Counted from the stretch's first letter, positions 26,168-36,305 are shown. The stretch: DNA of 64,000 nucleotides from Candidatus Aldehydirespiratoraceae bacterium (GCA_965261185.1 CBDHCN010000002.1:2346506-2410505); one strand, 5' to 3'. A program made the numbers and translations. Notes: generated from the sequence alone by a model not told the origin.

Positions 26168-26830
26168 GTGAGCGGATCTGAGGACCCAAAGCTTGAGCGA
26201 CTGCGCTCGCTTGTTGATCCCTCGACAACCGCGGTCGTCACGATGGAACTCCAACAGGGCGTGGTCGGTCCCGATGCGTTGCTCCCGGAGTTGGTGCAAC
26301 GGGTAGCCGAAGCCAAAACTGTTGAGGCTGCGGCGAAAGTGTGCCAAGCAGCCCGCACTGTCGGCGTCCGTGTTGTGCATTGCACCGCCGAGCATCGTGC
26401 AGACGGGGCTGGAGCCACTGAGAACGCCAAGATCATGGCGCTCATCGGCAAACTCCGCCGCGAACAGGGTGTCCTGCCTACAGAGATCGGTACCCCCGGC
26501 GCTGCTCTGGTTAGTGAACTCGGCCCTGAACCAGTCGATATCGTGATCCCCCGCATGCACGGGATGACACCGTTCATGTCCACCTCGCTGGACCAGGTGT
26601 TGCGCAATCTCGGCACCAGAACGGTTGTGGCGACAGGCGTCTCGGTGAACATTGGGATCCTGGGGCTCTGTCTGAACGCACTTGATCTCGGCTATCAGGT
26701 GGTCCTTGTGCGAGATGCGGTCGCCGGCGTGCCTGCCGAATACGCAGACGCTGTGATTGACAACACTCTTTCGCTGATCGCTACCATCACCACATCCACC
26801 GAACTCTGCTCGCTGTGGGAATCGCCCTAG
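26168..26830 (+). CDS. Isochorismatase-family cysteine hydrolase
   Basis: 220-aa ORF with the fold pattern TAVVTMELQ...VVATGVSVNIGILGLCLNALDLGYQVVLVRDA. Confidence 0.8.
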   Translation: MSGSEDPKLERLRSLVDPSTTAVVTMELQQGVVGPDALLPELVQRVAEAKTVEAAAKVCQAARTVGVRVVHCTAEHRADGAGATENAKIMALIGKLRREQGVLPTEIGTPGAALVSELGPEPVDIVIPRMHGMTPFMSTSLDQVLRNLGTRTVVATGVSVNIGILGLCLNALDLGYQVVLVRDAVAGVPAEYADAVIDNTLSLIATITTSTELCSLWESP

Positions 26831-26843
26831 AGGAGTCCCGACC

Positions 26844-27665
26844 ATGAACGAATTCAAATACGTCGACTACGAAGTGGCCGACGCAGTGGCGACCATCACT
26901 TTGGCCCGTCCCGAAAAGGCCAATGCTCAAAACGAGCGAATGCTTGATGAGGTCGACCATCGTTTCCGCACTGCTGAATACGACGACGAAGTCAAAGTCA
27001 TCGTTTTACGCGGTGAAGGCAAGCATTTCTCCGCCGGTCATGATCTGGGAGGTTCGCGCGATCCTGAAGGGGCGGGACTCGAAGAAGAAGACGGCAGTTG
27101 GCAGTTACACAAGATCTATCGCTGGGAGGCCCGCAAGTATTTGGGCTACTCGTGGCATTGGCGCAACATCCCTAAACCCACCATCGGTGCCATCCAAGGA
27201 AAAGCCATCGCGGGCGCTTTCAACCTTATTTTCCCGCTTGATTTGCTGATAGTCGCCGACGATGTCGAGTTTTCAGATCCAGTGGTGTTGATGGCTATCG
27301 GCGGAGTCGAGTACCACGGCCATACCTGGGAGTTCGGCGCTCGGCGAGCCAAAGACATCCTTTTCACTCAGCGGACTATGGGTGCTGCGGAAGCACATCA
27401 GATTGGTCTGGCTCGTGAGGTAGTGCCGCGCGATCAGCTTTGGGAGCGCACGCACGAGCTAGCGGCTCAAATAGCCACGAACAACGCCTTCGGATTGGCC
27501 CAAGCGAAACGGGCTGTGAATCAGACGCTTGACACGCAGGGCTACTACGCGGCGCTTCAATCGGTGTTCGACGTGCACAGCACGGGACACGGCAATGCCA
27601 TCAGCGTCGGCGGCTATCCGATTCTGATGCGGCTCGACGAGATGAAGAAGAACATCAACCGCTAG
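26844..27665 (+). CDS. Enoyl-CoA hydratase/isomerase (crotonase) family protein
   Basis: 273-aa ORF containing VATITLARPEKANAQN, FSAGHDLG and IGAIQGKAIAGA. Confidence 0.9.
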   Translation: MNEFKYVDYEVADAVATITLARPEKANAQNERMLDEVDHRFRTAEYDDEVKVIVLRGEGKHFSAGHDLGGSRDPEGAGLEEEDGSWQLHKIYRWEARKYLGYSWHWRNIPKPTIGAIQGKAIAGAFNLIFPLDLLIVADDVEFSDPVVLMAIGGVEYHGHTWEFGARRAKDILFTQRTMGAAEAHQIGLAREVVPRDQLWERTHELAAQIATNNAFGLAQAKRAVNQTLDTQGYYAALQSVFDVHSTGHGNAISVGGYPILMRLDEMKKNINR

Positions 27666-27820
27666 CAGAGTTGCAATCCGGCTTCTACCGAGGGGATCTA
27701 CTGCTGGGGTTCCGGTTGGGGAGGTTCGGGGGCGCGTAAGAGTATTGTCTCGATGCCGAAGTCACTAGCGGCGAACATTGCCGCCAAACATGAAGTGAGT
27801 CCGTTGGCAACATCATCGGC
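27531..27820. repeat. Left copy of the 290-bp direct repeat (3' end of ech + 32-bp spacer + 3' end of the SDR gene)
   Basis: Base-by-base comparison with 51839-52128 (offset 24308) found only two mismatches, at 27684/51992 and 27809/52117. Confidence 0.95.
27698..27820 (-). pseudogene. Duplicated 3' fragment (last about 40 codons + stop) of the SDR gene at 52006..52785
   Basis: It encodes ...ADDVANGLTSCLAAMFAASDFGIETILLRAPEPPQPEPQQ*, identical to the C-terminus of the intact SDR. No upstream coding continuation. Confidence 0.9.
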
Positions 27821-27841
27821 GTTGATCCGCTCGGCTGTAGC

Positions 27842-28546
27842 TCAGTTCTGATCGCCCAAGTAGGCGGCCTCAAGGAGCGAGCGATCCTTAGCGAATTCGA
27901 GCGCTGACCCTCGCATGGCGACCCTCCCCCGCACGAGAATGATGGCCTCGTCGGCGAAGTCCAGGGCGAGGCCGACGTGCTGCTCGACGAGCACAACGGC
28001 GGCCGGGGTGTCCTCGGCGATCTTTCGAACCACCGGCAGGAGCCTCTGCACCACGATTGGCGCCAGGCCCATGCTCATCTCGTCGATGAGCAGCACGCGA
28101 GGTCTCTGCACAAGGCCCCGCGCGACGGCCAGCATCTGCTGCTCGCCACCCGAGAGACTGCCTGCGAGGACGGTCCACCGGCGTTCCAGATCTGGGAACA
28201 GCTCCAACATGGCCTCCGGGTTCACTCCGCTCCTTCGGGCCGCGACCGCAAGGTTCTCTTGCACAGTCAGGCTCTTGAACAAGGCCCGGTCATCGGCCAC
28301 CAGCACGATCCCCGCAGACGATGCCTGCGCGGGGCGGCCTGAGGGAACCGGTTCGTCCCCGACTCGGACCTCGCCCTCGAGCGCGGGGAGGAATCCGGCC
28401 AGCGTGTTCATCAAAGTCGTCTTTCCGGCTCCGTTGGGGCCGAGCAGCGCCACGACTGATCCGGGCGAAACGTCGAGGTTCATGGGCTCGACCACTTGCA
28501 CACGGCCGTAGCCGGCAGCGAGTTCTCGGCAGCGAAGCCCTGTCAT
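27842..28546 (-). CDS. Branched-chain-amino-acid-type ABC transporter ATP-binding protein (LivF-like)
   Basis: 234-aa ORF with Walker A GPNGAGKTT, the signature LSGGEQQML and Walker B LLIDE. Confidence 0.9.
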   Translation of the reverse strand: MTGLRCRELAAGYGRVQVVEPMNLDVSPGSVVALLGPNGAGKTTLMNTLAGFLPALEGEVRVGDEPVPSGRPAQASSAGIVLVADDRALFKSLTVQENLAVAARRSGVNPEAMLELFPDLERRWTVLAGSLSGGEQQMLAVARGLVQRPRVLLIDEMSMGLAPIVVQRLLPVVRKIAEDTPAAVVLVEQHVGLALDFADEAIILVRGRVAMRGSALEFAKDRSLLEAAYLGDQN

Positions 28547-31293
28547 GTCTCGCCCTGGTTCGCTGCTTGAGCCTCGTGAGGCTCGCCGAGATAGGCACTC
28601 GCCACAGCGGGGTCGCGGCGGATCTCTTCAGGCGTGCCCGACGCGATCTGATTGCCGAAGTCGAGCACTTGAATCTGGTCGCACAGACCGAGAACGAGCT
28701 GCATGTCGTGGTCGATGAGCAGCACCCCGACTCCCGTATTCGCGATCTCGCGGATGCGATCGCCCAGCCACGCGCTCTCGTTGGAGTCGAGGCCGCCGGC
28801 GGGTTCGTCGAGCAGGAGAATCTCCGGGTCGCCGACCATCGCCCGAGCGATGGAGACCAGCTGTCGCTGACCCTGCGAGAGCTCGCCAGCCTGCTCGTGT
28901 TGTACGTCTTGCAACCCGAGCTGGTCGAGAACCATTCGAGTGGTCGGGGGGTCGAGCCCTCGACTGCGGGCACTAGCCTCGCCGACCACGACGTTTTCTT
29001 CTACGGATAGATCGTCGTACAGTTCTATCGCCTGGAACGTTCGGCCCAGGCCCTCTCGCATCCTGCGATGTGGAGGCAAGCCGCTGAGCTTGCGCTCCCC
29101 CAACGCAACGGATCCCTCACTATCGGTGAATCCGGTGACGGCGTCGACAAGTGTGGTCTTCCCAGCTCCATTCGGCCCGATGAGCCCGACGATCGTTCCC
29201 GGATCCACCGTGAACGACACGTCGCGAACTGCAACAACCCCGCCGTAGCGGACCGTTACCTCGTGGATCTCCAGCGGCCGCGCCGAGCGAGATCGTGGGG
29301 TCTCGTCGTGACTAGTCGGTACGGAGATGAGCGCGGTTCCTGCGGATAACGGTCTCTCGCCACGCTGCCGACCGGGGGCGCGTCGACGCTCGAGTATCAG
29401 TCCTACGAACCCCTCGGGATAGCGGATGATTGCTACCACGAGCAGCGCTCCCACGATGGTCTCGAAGTAGTCGGCTGACCCGAACCGCGATTCGAGGATC
29501 TCTGGAAAGAGACCACCGATCGCTCCTATTCCTGTCAGGAGGCCACCGGTGACCGACGTGACTCCGGCGATGTACGTGGTGGCCAGCAGGGTCAACCCGA
29601 GGAGCACCGTGAACGAGGCGAAGGTCACGCTACCGAGTCGGTAGCCGAGCATCGCTCCACCCAGCCCAGCAATGAAGCTGGCGATCGCGAACGCGAGGAT
29701 CTTGACGCGAACAACGCTGACGCCTGCAGCGGCTGCGGAGCGTTCGTTCGCTCGCACCGCCAACATCTCAGACCCGAGCCGGCTCGTGCGCAGCGCTGAC
29801 ACCCCCCACGCGACGAACGCAACCACGGTGAGTACCATCAGCCCGAACTCGACGCGAGGAAACTCGAGGGCGCTCCCGGCACTCAGGTCGAGACCGAACA
29901 GGCTTGGGTCCTCGATCTCGACGCCGGACGAACCCACGAAGTCGCTGTTGCGAAACCACATCGTCTCGATGGCGACTGCAAGGGCCAACGTGACTACGGC
30001 GAGCGATAGACCACGAACGCGCAACGCCGGCAATCCAACCAGTACGCCAATGGCAGCCGCGCCGAGCGCGGCGAGCACCGGCGCAAGAGGGAACGGGACG
30101 TTCCAGTTCGTCGTGATCGGTCCAAGAAGAAATCCGGCACATCCCGCCAAGGTGAGCTGGGCTAGAGAAATCTGTCCCGCGTAGCCCGTAATTACTACAT
30201 ACGAAAGCGCCAGGATCGAGAAGATGAATGTCATCACCACCGCGGTCCGCCAAGAACCCTCGAGGAGCACCACAGAAGCAATCGCGGCTATCGCTCCGAC
30301 GACGGTCAAGGGTGTGACTCGCCGCTGCGGGCGTGGCGCGCTCCCGAGGTTTCGCTGGACGACTGCACCGCGTGCGGGCAGCGGCGCGGCGCGCACCACG
30401 AGCACCAACATGATGAGGAGCAGCGGGATCAGTTCTGGCACACCTGACGACGGAAGCCAGTCGTTCGTCGCGACGAGGTATTGCGTCCACGACTGGAACA
30501 TGCCGATCGCGAGCCCGGCAACGACTGCGGGCAACATGAACTGGAATCGCCCCAGGATCGCGGCCGCGAGCGCGGGGATGATGAAGAGAGTGTATGCCAC
30601 TGGGACAAGGGGAACGATCGGGGCGATGAGGACCCCTGCGCCGCCGGCCACGGCGGCGCTTAGCATCCAGTTGAGCGCCGCCAGACGGTCCGGCGACAGA
30701 CCAGACAAGTAGGCGCCCCGCTCGGTCTCTGCTGCCGCCCGTGTTGAGAGGCCAAACGGGGTGAAACGAAAGAGCGTCCAGAGCAGGCCAGCGACCACCA
30801 GCACCGCGATGGCAACCCAGACACGATCCGAGGAGATGCGCACATCGCCGATCATCCAGATATCGGAGGGAAACACGTCATCAACAGCGACCGGCCGTGT
30901 TCCGAGCCGGACGGCTATCAGTCCTGTGAGGACGACGAGCACCCCGATAGATGCCACGGCTTTCGCCATCGCCGGCGCTCGGCGGAGCGGTCGGAATACC
31001 ACCAAATACAGCAGTAGGCCGAGCAGCGAGGACAACGCCAACGAGGCGACAATCGCAAGCCCTGTAGGGAAGGACCACCCGAGGTCCATCTTCGCCGGTA
31101 GCCCCGGAACGAGGATCAACAATTCGCCCTTGCGAAGCAGTGCGAACGTGTAGGCGCCGTAGAGAGCGATGGCGCTTGTCGCAAAATTGAGCACGCCGGA
31201 GCTGCGGTATGTCACGACCAAGGCCAAGGCCAACGAGGCGAAGACTGCCCCGTTGGCCAGACCGAGAATCAGAAAGATGACGTGGACGCTCAT
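28543..31293 (-). CDS. Fused LivH-like permease / LivM-like permease / LivG-like ATPase (single 916-aa ORF)
   Basis: The N-terminal about 290 aa is LivH-like (LGLANGAVFASLALALVVTYR). The middle about 330 aa is LivM-like (LALSYVVITGYAGQISLAQL). The C-terminal about 250 aa is an ABC ATPase (GPNGAGKTT, LSQGQRQLV, LLLDEP). All three sit in one frame without a stop. Confidence 0.85.
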   Translation of the reverse strand: MSVHVIFLILGLANGAVFASLALALVVTYRSSGVLNFATSAIALYGAYTFALLRKGELLILVPGLPAKMDLGWSFPTGLAIVASLALSSLLGLLLYLVVFRPLRRAPAMAKAVASIGVLVVLTGLIAVRLGTRPVAVDDVFPSDIWMIGDVRISSDRVWVAIAVLVVAGLLWTLFRFTPFGLSTRAAAETERGAYLSGLSPDRLAALNWMLSAAVAGGAGVLIAPIVPLVPVAYTLFIIPALAAAILGRFQFMLPAVVAGLAIGMFQSWTQYLVATNDWLPSSGVPELIPLLLIMLVLVVRAAPLPARGAVVQRNLGSAPRPQRRVTPLTVVGAIAAIASVVLLEGSWRTAVVMTFIFSILALSYVVITGYAGQISLAQLTLAGCAGFLLGPITTNWNVPFPLAPVLAALGAAAIGVLVGLPALRVRGLSLAVVTLALAVAIETMWFRNSDFVGSSGVEIEDPSLFGLDLSAGSALEFPRVEFGLMVLTVVAFVAWGVSALRTSRLGSEMLAVRANERSAAAAGVSVVRVKILAFAIASFIAGLGGAMLGYRLGSVTFASFTVLLGLTLLATTYIAGVTSVTGGLLTGIGAIGGLFPEILESRFGSADYFETIVGALLVVAIIRYPEGFVGLILERRRAPGRQRGERPLSAGTALISVPTSHDETPRSRSARPLEIHEVTVRYGGVVAVRDVSFTVDPGTIVGLIGPNGAGKTTLVDAVTGFTDSEGSVALGERKLSGLPPHRRMREGLGRTFQAIELYDDLSVEENVVVGEASARSRGLDPPTTRMVLDQLGLQDVQHEQAGELSQGQRQLVSIARAMVGDPEILLLDEPAGGLDSNESAWLGDRIREIANTGVGVLLIDHDMQLVLGLCDQIQVLDFGNQIASGTPEEIRRDPAVASAYLGEPHEAQAANQGET

Positions 31294-31334
31294 GTCAGCG
31301 AGCCTCTAGCAATGACGCACCTCGGCCGGCATCG

Positions 31335-32684
31335 TCAGCCGCCAAGCGTTATTACCTCGGTCAGATCAACCGCTTCGTAGCCAGTCGAGTTTCCGTCAGC
31401 GTCGAGGGTCGTGATCGCCGCGCTGCTCGAGCAGATCGCTGGAGCGATCGCAACGATCATCCGGTTGCATTGGAAGGTCGAATCGCCAGCGCCGAGTGGC
31501 AGTGGGGCCGGATCCATCGCCACAAGTGCAGCCACGACGGACTCAGCAGACATCTCACCGTCTGGGTGCGCAGCCACGCCCCTAGCAAATGAGAGGACGG
31601 CTGCGTAGCCGCTCTGCGCGATGCTGTCAGTTACCGCATCTGGAGCAAACTCCGCCATCACGTTGGCGAAGAGAGCAACCTCGGGGTCCGACGGGTCGTC
31701 TGAGGATGGCCCCATGAGGAGGATGCCCTCCATGTCGACCGCAGCGATCGATGCCTCCCCTACGCATGGACCGATCACGATCGTGTCGCCCTCAAATCCA
31801 AGCGTCTGGATGGCCTGTATGGCGCTGGTGCAAAAAGCTTCATCGCCGATAATCCCGAACTGCTCGACTCCATTGCTGATCGCAGCCTGCACCTGAGGTG
31901 ACATCTCTGGTGTGCCCGGAGCGATCGGGACAACTTCCACCTCGACACCAACGTTTCCGTAGAAGAGCGGCGCAGCGCCGTTGATGGGATCCACCGCGGC
32001 CGGGACGTCAATCACGATGACTCCAGCCTTCGAGACACCATTTTCAACCGCGATAGCAGCCGGCCCGACCAACGTGGCCAGACCATTCGTGATCACGAAT
32101 GACAACGGAGCAGCGAACACGTCAGCAGAGATACCGCCGGTCTGAATGAACGGGATGCCAACCTCGTTCAGCCCACTCGAAAGTGTGTCGCCCTGGCCGG
32201 ACACGCCGTTCAGAACCACAACGACGCCTTCCGATACGAGCTCAGCGACACAGTCCTGCGCGCCAGCGGGAGTCTGCCCGGTGTCACAGGTGACAAGCTC
32301 AATCGAACGGCCGCCCGCGCCTGCGAGGTATTCATTCGCGTACGCCGCCGCAGCTTCGGCGGCGGGCGTCTCTGACGAGTTGTCGATCGCATCCGAGCGT
32401 CCATCGCTGACGAAGCCGACCTTCACGGAGTCACCGCTTGCCGGGTTTGGCTCCCCTAGCGGGCCGATGGTTGGGCCCTCCTCCACGGGGTCATCGCCGT
32501 CAACGGGGTCGTCGCCGTCAACGGGGTCGTCGCCGTCAACGGGGTCGTCGCCGTCAACGGGGTCGTCGGCGACGTCGCTGGGGGCGACATCCTCGTTGTC
32601 AGCCGACGAATCGTCGTCGCCGCACGCGGCGGCCACAAGGCTGAGCACTGCCAACGCAACAATGAGTCTCTTCCAGATGGACAA
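31335..32684 (-). CDS. ABC transporter substrate-binding lipoprotein (LivK/Peripla_BP_6-like)
   Basis: Part of ORF 31335..32801. The TTG at 32684 is preceded by GAGGAGGGGA. It has a lipobox LSLVAAAC-G, an acidic DDPVDG-repeat linker and then a periplasmic-binding fold. Confidence 0.8.
   Translation of the reverse strand: MSIWKRLIVALAVLSLVAAACGDDDSSADNEDVAPSDVADDPVDGDDPVDGDDPVDGDDPVDGDDPVEEGPTIGPLGEPNPASGDSVKVGFVSDGRSDAIDNSSETPAAEAAAAYANEYLAGAGGRSIELVTCDTGQTPAGAQDCVAELVSEGVVVVLNGVSGQGDTLSSGLNEVGIPFIQTGGISADVFAAPLSFVITNGLATLVGPAAIAVENGVSKAGVIVIDVPAAVDPINGAAPLFYGNVGVEVEVVPIAPGTPEMSPQVQAAISNGVEQFGIIGDEAFCTSAIQAIQTLGFEGDTIVIGPCVGEASIAAVDMEGILLMGPSSDDPSDPEVALFANVMAEFAPDAVTDSIAQSGYAAVLSFARGVAAHPDGEMSAESVVAALVAMDPAPLPLGAGDSTFQCNRMIVAIAPAICSSSAAITTLDADGNSTGYEAVDLTEVITLGG
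32487..32576. repeat. 18-bp in-frame tandem repeat GGGGTC(A/G)TCGCCGTCAAC, 4 copies plus 1 degenerate copy
   Basis: Read directly. It encodes (DDPVDG)n just after the lipoprotein cysteine of the SBP. Confidence 0.95.
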
Positions 32685-33009
32685 GAGCGGTCCCCTCCTC
32701 AGGTCCGCGGCTCCGGTCGGCCGCGCTTCCCGAACCCAGCGATGAGCTCCAGAATTCAAATAGGTTAGTATATATTCTCTGAGAGGGTCAATCGCCTCCA
32801 CGCGACCGCCTCGTCAGGCACGCGGCCACCACTCCCTCGGTGCTCTGACGACTACCCGTGCAGGACTACTGCCTGACGCGCAGACGAGCTCCGCTCCGCT
32901 CACGGTGCCGGCCTGCACCGTCGCATCGATCAGGCAGACGCACCGCACGCGGTCAGTCTGGGAAGCCAGCGGTAGCCTCGGAAGAGATCGCTCGCCGCGT
33001 AGGAACGCC

Positions 33010-33741
33010 ATGACTGACCTAGCCATCGCCGAAGACAACTCGAAGAAGACCCACGAGCTCGTTGCCGACGAACTCCGACGGCGCATCGTGAGCGGCGACC
33101 TCCAGGTCGGCGAACGGCTACCTCCAGAAGATGAACTCAATCAGTTGTTCGGCATCGCCCGCACAACTCTGCGCGAGGCGCTTCGCGTTCTGGAATCACA
33201 GGGGTTGATCGAGATCCGTCGTGGCCGGGGCGGCGGTCCGGTCGTCACCAAGCCGGATCTCGAACCGGCAGCAACAGCCCTCGCGGTGGCCCTCCAGCTC
33301 GAGAACACGACGGTCGGCGACCTCTACGAGGTCCGGCAGATGATTGAGCCCCACGCGGCCGGGACTTTGGCCGAACGACACACTACGGCCGACATTCGCA
33401 CGCTCACCCTGGCCATCGACCATGCAGAAGCGGCGGCCGAGGCCAACGACTCACTCGCGTTCGGACAGGCGGCCGCCCGAGTGCACGAGACGCTTCTTGA
33501 GATCAATGCCAACCCCGCCCTTTCCATCATCTCACAGCTGATTCACGGCCTCGTGTGGCGCTACTACGTCGAGAAGGCGGCCGGCACCCCACAACGCCTG
33601 ATGCGGCGAGCGATTCGCTCCTACCGAAACCTCGTCGACCTGATCGAAGACGGCGATGTCGCGGGGGCTGTCGAGCATTGGCGAGCCCAAATGGCATACA
33701 CCCAAGGGGCCTCTGGCAAAGAGCGACTCGACCTCTTCTAG
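33010..33741 (+). CDS. GntR-family (FadR subfamily, FCD domain) transcriptional regulator
   Basis: Part of ORF 32905..33741, from the ATG at 33010. The wHTH reads LVADELRRRIVSGDLQVGERLPPEDELNQLFGIARTTLREALRVLESQGLIEIRRGRGGG, followed by a helical FCD-like domain. Confidence 0.85.
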   Translation: MTDLAIAEDNSKKTHELVADELRRRIVSGDLQVGERLPPEDELNQLFGIARTTLREALRVLESQGLIEIRRGRGGGPVVTKPDLEPAATALAVALQLENTTVGDLYEVRQMIEPHAAGTLAERHTTADIRTLTLAIDHAEAAAEANDSLAFGQAAARVHETLLEINANPALSIISQLIHGLVWRYYVEKAAGTPQRLMRRAIRSYRNLVDLIEDGDVAGAVEHWRAQMAYTQGASGKERLDLF

Positions 33742-34934
33742 GCCAGCGGCTCCCGCGGTAGCCCGAGGACCCGCTCCCCCAAGAGATTGCGCTGGATCTG
33801 GTGCGTGCCGCCGGCGATGCGGGCCTGCCGCGTGGCATTGAGGGCGTGGGAAGCGACGTCTCCGTCACGATTCAGCCGGTCCCACGCCTGAGCGGACGCA
33901 CCGGCAAGGTCGGCCACCAACTCCGCGCTGCGCTGCTCGAGAGTCCCTGCGGCGAGTTTCAACATGGAACCAGCTGCTCGATTCCCTTCGCACAGTGTGG
34001 CCGCCACGAACCGGTCCCGCAGGAGTTCGAGGATGCGTTCCTCCGAGATCACCGCCGCCATGCGCTGGCGCATTGGTGCGTCAGTGAGACGATTCGCCGC
34101 GCGAGCAGCCTCGACGACCTGACGCCGCCGTCGGCCGTTGCCAGACCCACCCATGTAGCCCGACCGCTCGCCGCTGAGAGTGCCCGACGATACGCGCCAT
34201 CCGTTATTCAACTCGCCGAGGACCGAATCAGCGGCCGGGATCCGCACAGCTTCGAGGAAGACTTCGTTGAAATGCTGGCCGCCGGCAACGTCGACCAGTG
34301 TGCGGACCTGCACGCCGCTGGCCGCCATCGGGAGGATGAACATCGTGATCCCGGCATGGGGGCGTGCTGCCTCAGGGTCCGTGCGTGCGAGGAGCAGGCC
34401 GTAGTCTGCCTCACTCGCGTACGACGACCAGACCTTCTGACCATCCATCACCCACTCATCGCCGTCGAGCACTGCCCGTGTTCGCAACGAAACGAGGTCG
34501 GAGCCGGCGTCGGGTTCAGAGAACAGCTGGCACCACTGCTCCTCGGCAGCCGCTATTCGGGGGAGGTAGCGACGCTTCTGCGCGTCAGTCCCGACGGCCA
34601 AGAGGGTCGCTTTGGCGAGCGACGGCCCAATGCCGAGGGGGACACGCGACGGGGTGTCATAGCGGACCAACTCGGCACCAAGAGCCGCCGCGTGTGCGCG
34701 AGTAAGACCCCGACCGCCATAGTCCTCAGGGAGGTCGACACTGGCGAACCCAGCGTCGAGAAGCTCGCGCTGGAATTCCTTCGCGCGCTCAACGAGGGCG
34801 GCGTGGCCGTCCGGGGCACGACAGATGACGTCGAGCCGCTCGTCGTCGACATCGGCTGGGAGTAGGGCGTAGTGCGCATCCAGCCAGCTCTGGACCTCAA
34901 GCCGGAACTCCTCAACCTCAATCATCGCACCCAT
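33738..34934 (-). CDS. Acyl-CoA dehydrogenase
   Basis: 398-aa ORF with an ACAD pattern (SEPDAGSDL, WVMDGQKVWSS, IAGGTHQIQRN). The start could instead be the ATG at 34925. Confidence 0.9.
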   Translation of the reverse strand: MGAMIEVEEFRLEVQSWLDAHYALLPADVDDERLDVICRAPDGHAALVERAKEFQRELLDAGFASVDLPEDYGGRGLTRAHAAALGAELVRYDTPSRVPLGIGPSLAKATLLAVGTDAQKRRYLPRIAAAEEQWCQLFSEPDAGSDLVSLRTRAVLDGDEWVMDGQKVWSSYASEADYGLLLARTDPEAARPHAGITMFILPMAASGVQVRTLVDVAGGQHFNEVFLEAVRIPAADSVLGELNNGWRVSSGTLSGERSGYMGGSGNGRRRRQVVEAARAANRLTDAPMRQRMAAVISEERILELLRDRFVAATLCEGNRAAGSMLKLAAGTLEQRSAELVADLAGASAQAWDRLNRDGDVASHALNATRQARIAGGTHQIQRNLLGERVLGLPREPLA

Positions 34935-35032
34935 CTCCAGACCGCGGAGGAACTCGAAACCAGCAAATAGGATAGTATTTATTCAATCCGGCGCCTAGGT
35001 CGTTGCGGAGCGCGAGCGGGAGCAACGGCCTT

Positions 35033-36268
35033 TCACCCGAGGTGGAGCGGCAAGGACCTGAGACCGCGTAGAGATTGCGTCGGCTTGTAAAGCAGCTCAT
35101 CTGTAGGGACCGCAAGCCTCATGCGTGGGAAGCGCTGGACCAGCGCCTGGACGGCGGCCCGGCCCTCGATCCGTGCGAGTTGATTCCCCAGGCAATAGTG
35201 CGAGCCGAAGGCGAACGCGATGTGGCGGTTCGGGTCGCGCCCCAGATCCAAATCGTCCGCATTCGCGAAAACGGATTCGTCCCGGTTGGCGGAGATGATC
35301 ATCCCGAGAACTGTGGACCCTGCAGGGATCGTGGTCTGCCCAACCTCGATGTCCTCCAGCGCGAATCGTGCAGCCCCGCAAGGCACCGGCGACGTGAACC
35401 GCAACAGTTCTTCGACCGCGGTGTCAATCAATGCGGGCTCGGCGCGAAGCCGTTCCATCTGGTCGGGATGCTCCAGGAGCGTGAGGATCGAGTTTCCGAT
35501 GAGGTTCGAAGTGGTGTCGTGGCCGGCGAGCAGCAATAGGAAGATCATCGCGACGACCTCATTGTCGTCGAGCCGATCGTCGCCCTCTTGGGCGCGGACA
35601 AGCGCGGTGATCAATCCGTCGTCGGGAGTGACGCGCCGTTCGGCGGCGAACCGGTCGAACATCTTCAGCATCCGGCGTGCTGTTGGCATTGCGCGGAGCA
35701 TCGCGATCGGACTCGCCTCACCGGCGCTGTCGAGGATCTCCTTGGTCCAAGTATAGAACTGATCTCGGTCCGTGTCGGTCACCCCAAGCATCGCCGAGAT
35801 CACGCGCAGCGGCAGAGGAACGGCGAAAGCGCCGACGAGGTCAACTGTGCCGCTTCTCTCGAGATTCTCGATGAGTTCATCGACGACTCGCTCGATGTCG
35901 TCGGTCATGGATCGCACTCGCTTTGGCGTGAAGGCCTGGTTGACCAGTCCACGCAAGCGTTTGTGTTCTGGATCGTCCTTGAAAACCATGCTGTCCATCA
36001 GGAGCCGCAACATGCGGGGCGCGAAGCGCACCATGCCAGATCGACCCTGTTTGAGGATGTCGCTCGAGAACCGCGCGTCGGTGTGAAGCTTCATGACGTC
36101 GTCGTATCTCGTCAACATGTAGGCGCTGCCCCGCACGAGCCGCTTCGACTGCACTGTCGAAACTGGTGAGTCGCGCCGCAGATCGGCATACCGCGGGAAC
36201 GGGTCCGAGAACATGATCTCCTCGGCCAAGTCGGTCACGGGCTCGGGCAGGGTTGTAACACGACTCAT
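35033..36268 (-). CDS. Cytochrome P450
   Basis: Part of ORF 35033..36367. The ATG at 36268 is preceded by GGAGGAG. It has the I-helix LLLAGHDTT, an ExxR (EELLR) and the heme loop FAFGSHYCLGNQLA. Confidence 0.9.
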   Translation of the reverse strand: MSRVTTLPEPVTDLAEEIMFSDPFPRYADLRRDSPVSTVQSKRLVRGSAYMLTRYDDVMKLHTDARFSSDILKQGRSGMVRFAPRMLRLLMDSMVFKDDPEHKRLRGLVNQAFTPKRVRSMTDDIERVVDELIENLERSGTVDLVGAFAVPLPLRVISAMLGVTDTDRDQFYTWTKEILDSAGEASPIAMLRAMPTARRMLKMFDRFAAERRVTPDDGLITALVRAQEGDDRLDDNEVVAMIFLLLLAGHDTTSNLIGNSILTLLEHPDQMERLRAEPALIDTAVEELLRFTSPVPCGAARFALEDIEVGQTTIPAGSTVLGMIISANRDESVFANADDLDLGRDPNRHIAFAFGSHYCLGNQLARIEGRAAVQALVQRFPRMRLAVPTDELLYKPTQSLRGLRSLPLHLG

Positions 36269-36305
36269 TGGTCGTCTCCTCCTTCGGTCGGTGCTGGACG
36301 CTTCG

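Noticed and set aside
27885-29350. Several 90-230-aa alternative-frame ORFs inside the ABC transporter genes (e.g. 27915..28511 +, 28290..28973 -, 28321..29010 +).
   Set aside because: They overlap genes with clear Walker/ABC-signature motifs. They have Arg/Pro/Ser-rich composition typical of off-frame GC-rich sequence.
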